Positions 45,752-55,919 of a stretch of DNA of 64,000 bases are shown here, piece after piece. The notes beneath the pieces are model-generated. The model ran no database searches. It saw only the letters and a list, made by a program, of their open reading frames with translations, and was not told the DNA's origin. The position numbers and the translations under genes are program-made. Position 1 is the first letter of the stretch. Every line of letters starts with the position of its first letter. The stretch is from Nannocystis pusilla (GTDB lineage Bacteria > Myxococcota_A > Polyangia > Nannocystales > Nannocystaceae), in assembly GCF_051105105.1 (NCBI RefSeq), contig NZ_CP185339.1; one strand, given 5' to 3'.

Positions 45752-46148
45752 TCACTTCCATGGGGCGCTATCCTTCGCTGGCTGCATGTTTCGCCGATGA
45801 TAGGGCAGAACAAATTCGGCTGGCAAGCACGGGCCCATGGCACCTCGGAGGTCGGACGGAGATGATATCGCAGTCCGGCCGCCGAGGGGCAGGCGCACCA
45901 GGCGGTCGCAACCAGGTTCGCGGGGCGCTGGGCGGCCGGCGGGGAGTCGGGAAACGCCGGGGTTTTCCGCCGCCAATCGCCCGGAAGCCGCGGCGGAGCG
46001 CCATAAGACCCGTCGCGAAGCCGACCCTGGCGGGGGCGACCCGGGCCCACATCGCGCGAGGCGCGTGAGGCGGCGCCGCCGAATTCGCGCGTGGCTGCCG
46101 GTTCATGGCGAGGCGCACGGGTTTATTTGCGGGGCCGATCCCGGCGAG

Positions 46149-47362
46149 TCAGCCGATGATCATGTCCTCGCGGCGGGCGACGCCCCCGGCGGCGAAGCGA
46201 CCCGGGGACCAGCGCGCCAGCATCGGGTGGGCCTCGCCGAGGGCGAGCCAGCGCGCGAGCAACCGACCCACCGCGGGCGCCATCATGAAGCCGTGCCCGG
46301 TGAAGCCGCACACCTGGATGAAGTCGGGGTGGCCGGGGCTCGGGCCGACGATCGCGTCGCCGTCGGGCGAGACGTTCGTAAGGACCGACCCACTGCCGCA
46401 GGACCTTCATCGCCGCGGTGATCGGCATCAGGCGCGTGAGCGTGGCGCTGAGGTGGGTGAGGAAGCGGAGGCTGGAGTGGAGGGTGAGGCTCTCGTCGCT
46501 GCCGTCGGGCGCGTCGGGCAGGCTGATGCCGGTGACGAGCTCGCCGCGGGTGCTCTGAGAGAAGTAGAGGCCGCTCGAGAGATCGACGACCAGCGGATCG
46601 AGGAACGGCTTGAGCGGCTCGCTCGAGAGGATCTCGTGGCGGTGCGGGCGGTTGGGCAGGTCGATGCCGAGCTGGCGGTTGAGCGCGCCCGACCACGCGC
46701 CGGTGGCGTTGACGACCCGGCGCGCGCGCACGACCTCGCCGGTGTGCAGGTGCAGCGCGAAGCCCTGGGCCAGCGGCTCGACGCGGACGACGCTGGTGTG
46801 CGTGCGCAGGACGACGCCGCGCTCGACGGCCTTGGCGGCGTAGCCCCACACGAAGGCCCACGGGAACACGACGCCGTCTTCGGGGTTGAAGGTGGCGAGC
46901 CGGACCTCGGCGACGTTCGAGCTGGGGGACGATCGCCTGCGCCTCGGCGGCGGTGAGCAGGCGGGTCGGCGCCCCGACCTCGCCGTGGAGCTGGACGTTG
47001 CGCTCGAGCCGACGCTCGCCGGCCTCGGTGCGGGCGAGGAACAGGTAGCCGCCCTGGCGGAACCACAAGTTGATGCCGAGCTGCTGCGCGAGGTCCTTGC
47101 ACAGCTCGATGCTGTCCATCATCAGGCGGACGTTGCCGGCGTCGCCCCACTGCATGCGCACGCCGCCGCCGTTGCGGCCGGAGGCGCCGCTGACGAGGTA
47201 GCTGCGCTCGATGACCGCGACCGACAGCGGCGGCTTGGCCTTGCCGCCGGGCAGCAGAGCCAGGTGGTAGGCGAGTCCCAGGCCCATGATGCCGCCGCCG
47301 ATCACCGCGACGTTGACGTCGGGCGGCAGCGGGGTGTCGGCGCGGCCCATGGCGACGGTCAT
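46149..47362 (-). pseudogene. FAD-dependent oxidoreductase (DAO family; HcnC / sarcosine-oxidase-beta-like), two frameshifts near 46374 and 46915 (both GAACGTC)
   Basis: VIGGGIMGLGLAYHL dinucleotide motif. Removing one A at each site gives a continuous 404 aa protein ending ...REDMIIG. Confidence 0.6.
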
Positions 47363-47652
47363 GGCGACGGATCCTCCGGGTGCTCGGTCGCGCCGGCCGC
47401 GAGGGCGCCGAAGGTCACCGGCTCGACCGGTGGGCGGGCGGTGAACGGGCGCAGGGCGGCGGGCGCGATCAGGTTGCGGGCGACGAGCAGCCGCCCCAGC
47501 GCCGACAGGCACTCCTTGCCCTGACACGGCCCGGTGCCGAGGCCGGTGTAGCGCTTGATCTCCTCGACGTCCGACAGACCGGCGGCGATGGCCCGCTCGA
47601 TCTCCGTCAGCGTGACGTCCTCGCAGCGACAGACGAAGGTGCGCGCGGTCAT
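47359..47652 (-). CDS. BFD-like [2Fe-2S]-binding domain protein
   Basis: CRCEDVT...GTGPCQGKEC cysteine pattern. Confidence 0.55.
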   Translation of the reverse strand: MTARTFVCRCEDVTLTEIERAIAAGLSDVEEIKRYTGLGTGPCQGKECLSALGRLLVARNLIAPAALRPFTARPPVEPVTFGALAAGATEHPEDPSP

Positions 47653-47703
47653 GGCAGGCCTCGCGGGGGCAGGGGGGAGGTCGGCGGCGATCGCCGGGAC
47701 AGG

Positions 47704-49042
47704 TCAGGCGCGGGCATGGCTGTCCTTCGGGGCAGGTGACTCGGCGAGCGCGCGCACCAGGGCGGCGGCGCAGCGGTCGACGGTGCCGCGGATCTCGGCG
47801 GGGGTGGTGGCGCCGGCCAGCTCGCCGACGGCCCACAGCGTCCACGGCGGGGGCGGGGCGGTCTGGGCGCCTTCGGCCTCGAGCGGGTGCGCGGCCGGGC
47901 CGGCGGCGATCCGGCCGTCGGCGTCGACGACGGGGGCGAAGCCGGCCCCGGTGAAGTGGATCGGCGCGCCGGCCTGGGCGGCGAGGCTCGAAGGCGGGCG
48001 CGGGGTCGGGGGCGAGGGCGACGAGGTCGCAGCGGAGGATCTTGCCGTCCTCGAGCTGCACGCCTTTGACCCGACGCGCGCCGATCAGCTTGCGCACGCG
48101 CGCCGGCGCGACCCGCTCGGCGGCGAGGGTGCTGGCGAGCAGCTCGGCGCGGGCGCCCTCGCCGATGACGACGACGCGCGCGCTCAGCTTGCGACCTGTC
48201 TGTTCGAGCATGTCCGCGAGGCCACGTGCAGACACGACCCCCGGGAGGTCGTTGTTGGCCAGCGGGATGGTCGGCTCGTGGGCGCCGACGGCCAGCACGA
48301 CGTGGCGCGGGCGCAGGCGGTGGAGCACCGCCGGCTGCTCGGAGGCGGCGGCCCACAGCCGCTCCTGCGGGTAGCAGGCGAACACGCCGACGCCGGCGAG
48401 GAGCCGGGCCGGAAGGTCGCTGCCGCCGAGGGCGGCGGCGGGGCGGCGCTCGACGACCAGCGGCGGGTGGCCGGCAGCGGCCAAAGAGGTAGCGAGCGCG
48501 CGGCCCGAGCGACCTGCCCCGATGACCAGGACCTCGGGGGCATGGTCGACGACGCCGGCGATGTCTTCGGGCGGCGCGTCGGGCAGCTCGCCGAAGCCGG
48601 CCAGCTCGCGGGCGACGCCCTGCATCATCTGGTTGGCGATCCGCGGGTAGACGACGAGGTGGTGGTGGTCGATGCCGCGGCGGAACACCTGGTCGACGAG
48701 GGCGGTCGGGTCGAGGCCGCCGTAGGTGTTCTGCGGCTCGACGCGCATGTCCTCGCGGACAGGTGTGAGGCAGGCCCGCTGGTTGGGCCGGCCGTCGACG
48801 CGCACGAGGCAGGTGCCGCAGCCGCCGTGCAGGCAGGCGGGGCCGCGCAGCCGGCGGTACTTGGCGCTGCGGCTGGTGGCGAGCTCACCGGCGGCGATCA
48901 GCGCGGAGGCGACGGTGTCGCCGGGGCAGGCGGCGACCGGGGCGCCGTCCCAGTGGAAGGAGAGCGTCGGGGGCCCGGGCGGTGCGAGCAGGGGTGCCTT
49001 GGGCACGCGCCTGCGATAGCACGCCGCGCCGCGCGGGGACAT
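47704..49042 (-). pseudogene. HcnA/HcnB-like fusion: N-terminal [2Fe-2S] (Fer2_4-type) domain plus pyridine-nucleotide-disulfide oxidoreductase, frameshifted near 47986 (GAGGCTC where GAGCTC restores the frame)
   Basis: CLHGGCGTC ferredoxin motif and VLVIGAGRSGRALA Rossmann motif. Removing one G restores DPAPAFELAAQAGAPIHFTGAG up to a TGA stop. Confidence 0.55.
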
Positions 49043-49291
49043 GGGCGCCCGCGGGCGCGCCGCTTGCCCTCGGTCACGAGCCCTGGCGGAGCGCGAGATT
49101 CCCGACGCGGTCGCACGTCATCGCGCTGACGCGGGCGAAGACGCAGGCGAGGGACGATGGCGGGCTGAACGGCGGCGGAAACTCGTCGTTCGACGCGAGC
49201 GACCGAGCCGGACGGCGGGCTGAACGGTCGAGCCGGCGGCGAGGAGCGTCGTGCGACGGCGCGAGGCGGGCCGAGGCTCTCGTCGCACGTC

Positions 49292-50023
49292 TCAGGCGCG
49301 CGGCGGCCGGGCGCCGAAGATGGCGGTGCCGACGCGGACCATGGTCGCGCCCTCTTCGATCGCGACCTCGAAGTCGGCGCTCATGCCCATGGAGAGGTGG
49401 ACCAGGTCGACGCCGGGGCGCGCGATCGCGGCTTCACGGCGCAGCAGCTCGCGCAGGCGGGCGAAGTACGGGCGAGTCTGCTCCGGTTCGCCTTCGGGAG
49501 GGATCGCCATGAGGCCGACGCAGCGCAGCTGGGGACGGGCGGCGATCTGGTCGAGCAGCGCCGGCAGGTCGGTCGTGGCGACGCCGGCCTTCTGCGCCTC
49601 GTCGCCGACGTTGACCTCGACGAGCAGCTCGAGCGGGGTGGTGGCGCCCCGGCCCGCGCGCAGGCGCTCGACCTCGCGGGCGAGCTCGTCGACGAGCCCC
49701 GGGCGATCGACGGTGTGGACGAGGGCGCCGACGGCGACGACCTTGCGCACCTTGTTGGTCTGCAGCGGGCCGATGAAGTGCCAGCGCGGCGGAGTGACGG
49801 CCGCAGCGACGAGCTCGGCCTTGGCGACCAGCTCCTGGGCGTAGTTCTCGCCGAGGTCGCCGAGGCCGGCCCGGCAGGCGGTGATCACGGCCTCGGCGGG
49901 CTGCTTCTTGCTGACGCCGATGAGGGTGGGCACGGGACCGGGGCCGCGTCGGGCGACGGCGGCGGCGATCCGGGCGCGGACGGCGGCGAGGTTGGCGGCG
50001 ATGTCGTCTGGCGTCAAGGACAT
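49292..50023 (-). CDS. YggS-family pyridoxal-phosphate homeostasis protein
   Basis: Ala_racemase_N / YggS blocks (LIGVSKKQ, HFIGPLQTNK). Confidence 0.75.
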   Translation of the reverse strand: MSLTPDDIAANLAAVRARIAAAVARRGPGPVPTLIGVSKKQPAEAVITACRAGLGDLGENYAQELVAKAELVAAAVTPPRWHFIGPLQTNKVRKVVAVGALVHTVDRPGLVDELAREVERLRAGRGATTPLELLVEVNVGDEAQKAGVATTDLPALLDQIAARPQLRCVGLMAIPPEGEPEQTRPYFARLRELLRREAAIARPGVDLVHLSMGMSADFEVAIEEGATMVRVGTAIFGARPPRA

Positions 50024-50075
50024 GTTTTAAAGGGCCTGTGCGAAGAGACAGGCAGATTCGGCTCGGGCGGCGGGG

Positions 50076-51122
50076 TCACTGCGGCAGGCAGGCGCTCGGG
50101 GCGACGGCGCCGGCGAAGGTCGGGCCCATGTCGCGGTAGGTGTGGGCGCGCCAGAAGTCGCGCGGGTCCTCGGCGAGCTGGAGGGTGCGGTCGTCGCCGC
50201 TGCCGCTGACGAGGATCGCGGTCTCGAGGCCGTCGTGGCGCAGCGGGAACGACAGGGCCAGGCGATCGCCGCGCTGGCGGTAGGTCAGGGTCTCGGTGGT
50301 CCACTCGTCGTAGTCGCCGCGGTGGTGCCAGCCGACGCCGCGGCCGTCGATCGCCTGCGGCTGCAGCTGGTAGATCGAGAAGCCCATGCCGCCGGTGGCG
50401 TAACGGACCTCCTCGCCCCACAGGCGCCCGCCAATCCGCTCGGCGGCGGCGCCCGGCGCTCGGGGCAGGCCGGCGGCGAGGAGCTCGGGGGCAGGGGTGC
50501 CTGGCGCTCGCGGCAGGTCGGCGGCGTGGAGACCGGGCGTGGACGCGCCTGGCTCTTGGGGCAGGTCCATGGCGGCGGCGAGGGCACCTGCGTCGCGCGG
50601 CGACTCGCCGGCGAGTGACGCGGGCGTGGAGGCGCCTGGCTTTTGGGGCAGGTCGCCCGCGGGGTCGAAGCAGGGCGCGCCGGTGGCGGCCGCGGGGGCC
50701 TTGAAGTAGCGGGCGCCGCCGGGCTCGCGCGGGTCGTCGTCGAGGACCAGCCAGGTGCGTCCGCCCTGCTCCTCGAGGCGGTAGGGGACGCGCCGGTGCT
50801 CGCCGGTCTTGCGGAAGGTGAGCACGAGGTGGCCGCCCTCGGCGCGGTAGTCGAAGCTGTGGGTGTTGGTGAGGCCGACCTTGCCGTAGCGGTAGAGGCC
50901 GAAGCCGCCCTCGTGGAAGAAGTAGAAGCGCATGCGGTCGCCCTCGGCGAGGGCGTCCCAGCGGTGCCAGACGCCCAGCAGGTCAGGATCGACGGCGTCG
51001 GCGTCGCAGGTGTCCTCGGGGACAGGTTCGCCGGCGTCGGGCGCCTCGACGGCGATGAACGGGGCCGACAGCGCGAGGACCGCGAGGAGGTAGACGCTCG
51101 AGAGGCAGAAGGGGCGCCGCAT
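50076..51122 (-). CDS. secreted hypothetical protein with internal tandem peptide repeats (DLPxxPGASTP)
   Basis: Signal peptide; repeated DNA units visible around 50450-50680. Confidence 0.5.
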   Translation of the reverse strand: MRRPFCLSSVYLLAVLALSAPFIAVEAPDAGEPVPEDTCDADAVDPDLLGVWHRWDALAEGDRMRFYFFHEGGFGLYRYGKVGLTNTHSFDYRAEGGHLVLTFRKTGEHRRVPYRLEEQGGRTWLVLDDDPREPGGARYFKAPAAATGAPCFDPAGDLPQKPGASTPASLAGESPRDAGALAAAMDLPQEPGASTPGLHAADLPRAPGTPAPELLAAGLPRAPGAAAERIGGRLWGEEVRYATGGMGFSIYQLQPQAIDGRGVGWHHRGDYDEWTTETLTYRQRGDRLALSFPLRHDGLETAILVSGSGDDRTLQLAEDPRDFWRAHTYRDMGPTFAGAVAPSACLPQ

Positions 51123-51449
51123 GCCGAGATGGTAGCACGCACCGCCGCCGGGCCCGCCGGGGCGCCGCTGGGCCGGTTGCAGGCTCGTCCGTCGCGGCCG
51201 CGGGTGCGTCGGAGCCGGGGGCCGGGCGTCTGGCGCGAGGACTGCGCGAGCGAGGTGAAGCGCACGAACTCTCGGCTCGCACGGGGTCCACCGCGACCAT
51301 GGCCATCGAGCTGGCGTTCGCGTCAGTGTCGAAGGAGCACCCGACGCGCAGGTTCACGATCCGGCTGCGGCGGGCAGAGCCTCGTCGCACGCGCGGGCGG
51401 GCGCCGCGGCGAGGTTGCGCGGGCGGCCGCTTTCCGGCAAAAGCCGGCC

Positions 51450-52049
51450 ATGACCGAGCCCGCCTCGCAGACCCCGCCTGTCCTCGTCCTCGCCTCGGCG
51501 TCGCCGCGGCGGGCCGAACTGCTGCGCTCGGCCGGGATCGCGTGTACGCGCGCGCCGGTCGACGCCGACGAGACCTGGCTGCCCGGCGAGCCGCCGCCGG
51601 TGTACGTCGAGCGGGTGGCGCGGGCCAAGGCCGACCTGGCCTTGCGGCCAGGTTCGGTGGTGCTGGCGGCCGACACGACGGTCTGGCTCGAAGGACAGGT
51701 CGAACCGCTGGCGAAGGCGGCCGACCGCGCGGAGGCGGCGGCGATGCTGACGCGACTGGCGGGCCGCTCCCACTTCACGACGACGGCCGTGGCGATCGCG
51801 GACCTCCGCGGACCCGAGGTCCGCTGGCACCCGTTCGCGGTGACGACGACGGTGTGGTTCCGGCCGCTGACCCCGGCGCAGATCGATCGCTACCTCGACA
51901 CGGAGGAGTGGCGCGACAAGGCCGGGGCCTACGGGATCCAGGGCGCCGCAGCCGGGCTGGTGCGCAAGATCGAGGGCAGCTACACGAACGTGGTCGGGCT
52001 GCCGCTCGCGGAGGTGGTGGAGCTGCTGGAGTCGCTCGGGGTCGCCTGA
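51450..52049 (+). CDS. maf: Maf-like nucleoside-triphosphate pyrophosphatase
   Basis: LVLASASPRRAELL N-terminal motif and YGIQG...VVGLP C-terminal motif. Confidence 0.75.
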   Translation: MTEPASQTPPVLVLASASPRRAELLRSAGIACTRAPVDADETWLPGEPPPVYVERVARAKADLALRPGSVVLAADTTVWLEGQVEPLAKAADRAEAAAMLTRLAGRSHFTTTAVAIADLRGPEVRWHPFAVTTTVWFRPLTPAQIDRYLDTEEWRDKAGAYGIQGAAAGLVRKIEGSYTNVVGLPLAEVVELLESLGVA

Positions 52050-52145
52050 GCGAGGCGTGCGCGGGGGCGTCTGAGAGGTCGGCCGGACGGACGTGGCGGA
52101 TGGCCTCGAGGACAGGCGCACAGGACCTGGCCGATGGGACAGCCG

Positions 52146-53392
52146 TCAGCCCTCGGGCGGGCCGAGCTTGTCGCCGACCTCGCACAGGAAGTGCGGGCTG
52201 GCCCAGCCCTTGCCGTTCAAGTTGATCGCTTCGTAGCCGGTGAGGACGGGAGGCTGGACGTCGAGGTTCCAGTTGAAGTAGAGCGAGCAGCCGGCGCAGT
52301 TGGTGGTGCCTGGCTCTTTCAAAAAGATCTTGTCGGTGACCCAGTAGGGCATCACGAAGTCGGGGTCCTGCGGATCGGGCTTCGCGGCCCACTGCGGGCA
52401 GTCCTCGCTGTTGAGCGGCTTGCTCTCGCAGCTGAGGCCCGGGGTGACGGGATAGATGCCCATGATCGACAGGTAGCCGGCGGCGTCGCTGTCGGCGGCG
52501 ACGCCCGGGGTGTAGTCGCCGGTGACGTTGACCGGGGCGAACTCGGCCGCGCTCGCGGCGGTGACTGCGGCTCGCAGGTGCTGCTGGGTGCGCGGGGAGA
52601 ACAGGCGCAGGCCCCACGAGGCGCACTTCTCCTCGGCCTGCGCCGCGGTGAGCGGCTCGCCGATGAACTTGTCCGGCTCGGGCGGGTTGGGGACCTGCGT
52701 GCCCGATGCGTATTTTAAAAGGTGTAGCCGCCGCCGTCGGCCTGCATGTCGCACCACACGGTGAGATACCGGTCCTCGCGACGGATCGAGTAGAGGCCGG
52801 TCTGGGCCGCGTCGCCCCAGCCGGTGCGGATCTCGAGGCACGAGGTCGCCTGCGTGCAGTCGGGGAGGCAGCCATACATCGGAGTGGTGTCGTCGCAGAC
52901 CTCGCCGTCGGCCGCCTGCAACATGCCGTCGCCGCAGTAAGGGGAGAAGTCCTTGCAGTACGTGCCGCAGTGGCCGTAGGTGCCGTTCTTGCCCTGGCCG
53001 TCGTCGCAGACCTCGTCGCCGGTCTCGATCAGGCCGTCGCCGCAGATGTTCCAGCGGCAGGAGGACGTGCACTCGCGGTCGTCGCCGTTGGCGTCGCCCT
53101 GATCGCACTGCTCGGGCACGTCGATCTTGCCGTTGCCGCACGGCGCGGGCGTCGGGTCGCCGGTCGAGCCGCTGTCGCCGTCGCTGCCGCCCGGATCGAC
53201 GGTGGTGGTCATGATGCCGGGGCCGCTGCCGCCGCTGCTGGTGCTGCTGTCGGTGGCGCTGCCGGTCGACGGCTCGACGGTGGTCGGATCGTCCTGTCCG
53301 CCGTTGCGATCGAGGCAGCCCGCCAGCATCAGAGCCGCCGCGACGCGCCAATCGACGCCGACCCGGATGCGAAGAGGGATGCGTGCGTGCAT
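52146..53392 (-). pseudogene. lipoprotein with Cys-rich region and fibrinogen-related (FReD-like) C-terminal domain, frameshifted near 52715 in an ttttaaaa run
   Basis: Lipobox LMLAGC; the motif WCDMQADGGGYT resembles the FReD CDM..DGGGWT block. The domain continues in a second frame to the stop at 52146. Confidence 0.45.
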
Positions 53393-53543
53393 GCGACTCG
53401 TTCCCGCTGCCGCTGAGAGAACAATGGGAGCGGGCAAATTGCAACGTTGCACACGCAACCACCTGGCGCCGGCCTAGGCCGTTGGCCGAAGTCGGGGGAG
53501 GTAACGAGTGACTAAATTGCGATCTGGCTTACAAAGCTTGCAG

Positions 53544-54743
53544 TCACTCGCTCGGCGCGGTGACCCGCTGCGGCTGCACGCGAGAGCTTCGCAGCATGTC
53601 CTGGAACGGGTTGTCGTCGCGCCAGACGTTGCCCGCGAGCATGCTGATGAGGCCGCGTCGCAGCCGGGGGTCGGGCGTGCGGGCGAAGAACAGGTGCGAC
53701 ACGAGGCGCGTGTGGTAAAAGCGGCGGATCAGCTGTTCGAAGCTGTCGTAGGCGACCTGCATGGTGGCGTGGACCGGGGCCATGAGATCGGCCGCGGCCT
53801 CGCGGCCCTCGGCGAGCGCCGGGACGAGGAGGTCGACGGTCCGTTCGGCCCCCAGCATCGCCAGCGAGACGCCCGAGGAGAACACGGGGTCGAGGAATGC
53901 GCAGGCGTCGCCGACGCAGGCCCAGCGCGGGCCGGAAGGGCGCGTGTTCTTGTAGCTCCAGTTGCGGATCGTCCGCGAGGCGCTGCGGGTGGCCCCGGCG
54001 GTGAGCCGGCGGCACAGCGGCGAGGCGGCCAGGGCGGCTTCGAAGGCGTCGTCGTCGAGCTTGCCGCGCCACTTCACGAGGCCGACGCTGAGCCGACCGC
54101 CGTGCATGGGGATGAGCCAGTGCCAGCCATCCTCGACGATCAGCACCTTGATGTTGCCCTGCTCGCCGAGCTCGGCGCGGACCTCGGGGGACAGATCGTC
54201 GAAGTGGCAGAAGACGGCGGCGCGCCCGAGCTCGTGCAGGGGGGCGATCGTGCGGGCGCCACGGCCGAGCATGGCGTCCTGGCCGGTGCAGTCGAGGAGG
54301 AAGCGGGCCCGGTGCTCCTCGCGGTCGGTGACGACGCGGACGTGATCGCCCATGAACTCGATGTCGCGCACGCGCTCGCCGAAGCGGATGTCGGCGCCGT
54401 GACCCCTGGCGACGTTGCACAGCATGGTGTCGAAGGCGGCGCGGTCGACCTGCCAGGCGTGCGAGGGCGTGCCCTCGAGGCCGTCGGCGAAGCTGAAGAA
54501 GGCGAACTCGCCGGTGCGCTCGTCGATGAACTCGGCGCCCTGCTTGAACTGCCAGCGCGTGCGATCCATGGCGACGCCGAGGCGGGTGAAGATCGGCAGG
54601 TCGATCGGCAGCAGCGACTCGCCGATGTGGAAGCGCGGGAACACGTCCTTGTCGAGCGTGACGGCCCGGACGCCCGCCTGCGCGAGCAAGTTGGCGGCGG
54701 TCGAGCCGGCCGGGCCGGCCCCGACGATCAGGACGTTGTGCAT
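53544..54743 (-). CDS. FAD-dependent oxidoreductase, flavin-halogenase-like (GxGxxG plus WxWxIP motif)
   Basis: N-terminal LIVGAGPAGSTAA and the motif GWHWLIPM. Confidence 0.55.
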   Translation of the reverse strand: MHNVLIVGAGPAGSTAANLLAQAGVRAVTLDKDVFPRFHIGESLLPIDLPIFTRLGVAMDRTRWQFKQGAEFIDERTGEFAFFSFADGLEGTPSHAWQVDRAAFDTMLCNVARGHGADIRFGERVRDIEFMGDHVRVVTDREEHRARFLLDCTGQDAMLGRGARTIAPLHELGRAAVFCHFDDLSPEVRAELGEQGNIKVLIVEDGWHWLIPMHGGRLSVGLVKWRGKLDDDAFEAALAASPLCRRLTAGATRSASRTIRNWSYKNTRPSGPRWACVGDACAFLDPVFSSGVSLAMLGAERTVDLLVPALAEGREAAADLMAPVHATMQVAYDSFEQLIRRFYHTRLVSHLFFARTPDPRLRRGLISMLAGNVWRDDNPFQDMLRSSRVQPQRVTAPSE

Positions 54744-54750
54744 GGCCGGG

Positions 54751-55473
54751 TCATACCATGCCGCCGTTGATGCCGATCACCTGACCGGTGATGTACGCGG
54801 CGGCGTCGCTGGCGAGGAACGCGACCAGCGCGGCGACCTCGGGGGCGGTGCCGAGCCGCTGCGCCGGGATCCGCGGCATCACGTGGTCGAGCGGGACGTC
54901 CTTGATCATGTCGGTGTCGACGAGGCCGGGGGAGACCGCGTTGACGGTGACGCCCTTGCGGGCGAGCTCGAGCGCCAGCGATTTGGTCGCGCCGATGACG
55001 CCGGCCTTGGCCGCGGCGTAGGCGACCTGCCCGCGGTTGCCGAGCTGGGCCGAGACGGAGCTCATGGTGATGATCCGGCCCCACTTGCGCCGCACCATCG
55101 GCATGATCACCGGGCGGGTCACGTTGTAAAAGCCGCCGAGGCTGGTCCGAAGGACAGCTTCCCAGTCGGCCCGCTCGAGCGCGGGGAACGGGGCGTCGCG
55201 GGCGATCCCGGCGTTGTTGACGAGGACCCCGAGCGGCCGCGGGTCGGCGAGGATGGCGTTCATCGCGGCGTCGGCGGCCGCGTCGTCGCCGACGTTGAAG
55301 CGGCTGAGGACGACCTCGCCGCCGGCGGCGCGGATCCGGGCGGCGACGGCCTCGGCGGCCGCGTCGTCGCTGCGGTAGTTGAGGATGATGGGGTGGCCGG
55401 CGGCCGCGAGGGCCTCGGCGATCGCGGCGCCGATCCCTCGACTGGCGCCGGTGACGAGCGCGCGTGGCTTCAT
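54751..55473 (-). CDS. fabG: 3-oxoacyl-ACP reductase (SDR family)
   Basis: TGASRGIG and the YAAAKAG catalytic Y-x3-K. Confidence 0.75.
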   Translation of the reverse strand: MKPRALVTGASRGIGAAIAEALAAAGHPIILNYRSDDAAAEAVAARIRAAGGEVVLSRFNVGDDAAADAAMNAILADPRPLGVLVNNAGIARDAPFPALERADWEAVLRTSLGGFYNVTRPVIMPMVRRKWGRIITMSSVSAQLGNRGQVAYAAAKAGVIGATKSLALELARKGVTVNAVSPGLVDTDMIKDVPLDHVMPRIPAQRLGTAPEVAALVAFLASDAAAYITGQVIGINGGMV

Positions 55474-55919
55474 GCGGGGCTCCCTGCGGAGGTGCTGGGT
55501 GGGGCGGTGGAGACGACGGAGAGCACGGCTTCGGCCAGCGGCTGGCCGCGGCGCGTGACCGCGGCGCGGTACTCGGCCATGGCGCCGGCGAACACGCGGG
55601 TGGCGACGATCTGCAGCGCGTCGCCGACGGCGAGGTGCTCGGCGTGCAGCTCGAAGTTGCGGCAGGCGGCGATGAGGCCGAGCGCGGGCGGCTGATGGTC
55701 GGCGCGCGCGCGCAGGCCGGCGAACGCGGCGATCGCCTGGGCCATGTACTCGAGCAGGGCCGAGGCGTGGACCCGGCCGTCGACGACGAACAGGTTGTCG
55801 GGGCGGACCTGCGCGGCGCAGGTGATGCCGTCCTCGCCGGCGGCCACGACCTCGTCGAGCAGCAGCATCGGCGGGCGCTGCGGGACCAGCTCGGCCACCG
55901 GCGGGAAGGCGGCGGTCAT
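55470..55919 (-). CDS. hot-dog fold 3-hydroxyacyl-ACP dehydratase-like protein
   Basis: About 150 aa FabZ/ApeP-like protein; the stop overlaps the fabG start. Confidence 0.5.
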   Translation of the reverse strand: MTAAFPPVAELVPQRPPMLLLDEVVAAGEDGITCAAQVRPDNLFVVDGRVHASALLEYMAQAIAAFAGLRARADHQPPALGLIAACRNFELHAEHLAVGDALQIVATRVFAGAMAEYRAAVTRRGQPLAEAVLSVVSTAPPSTSAGSPA

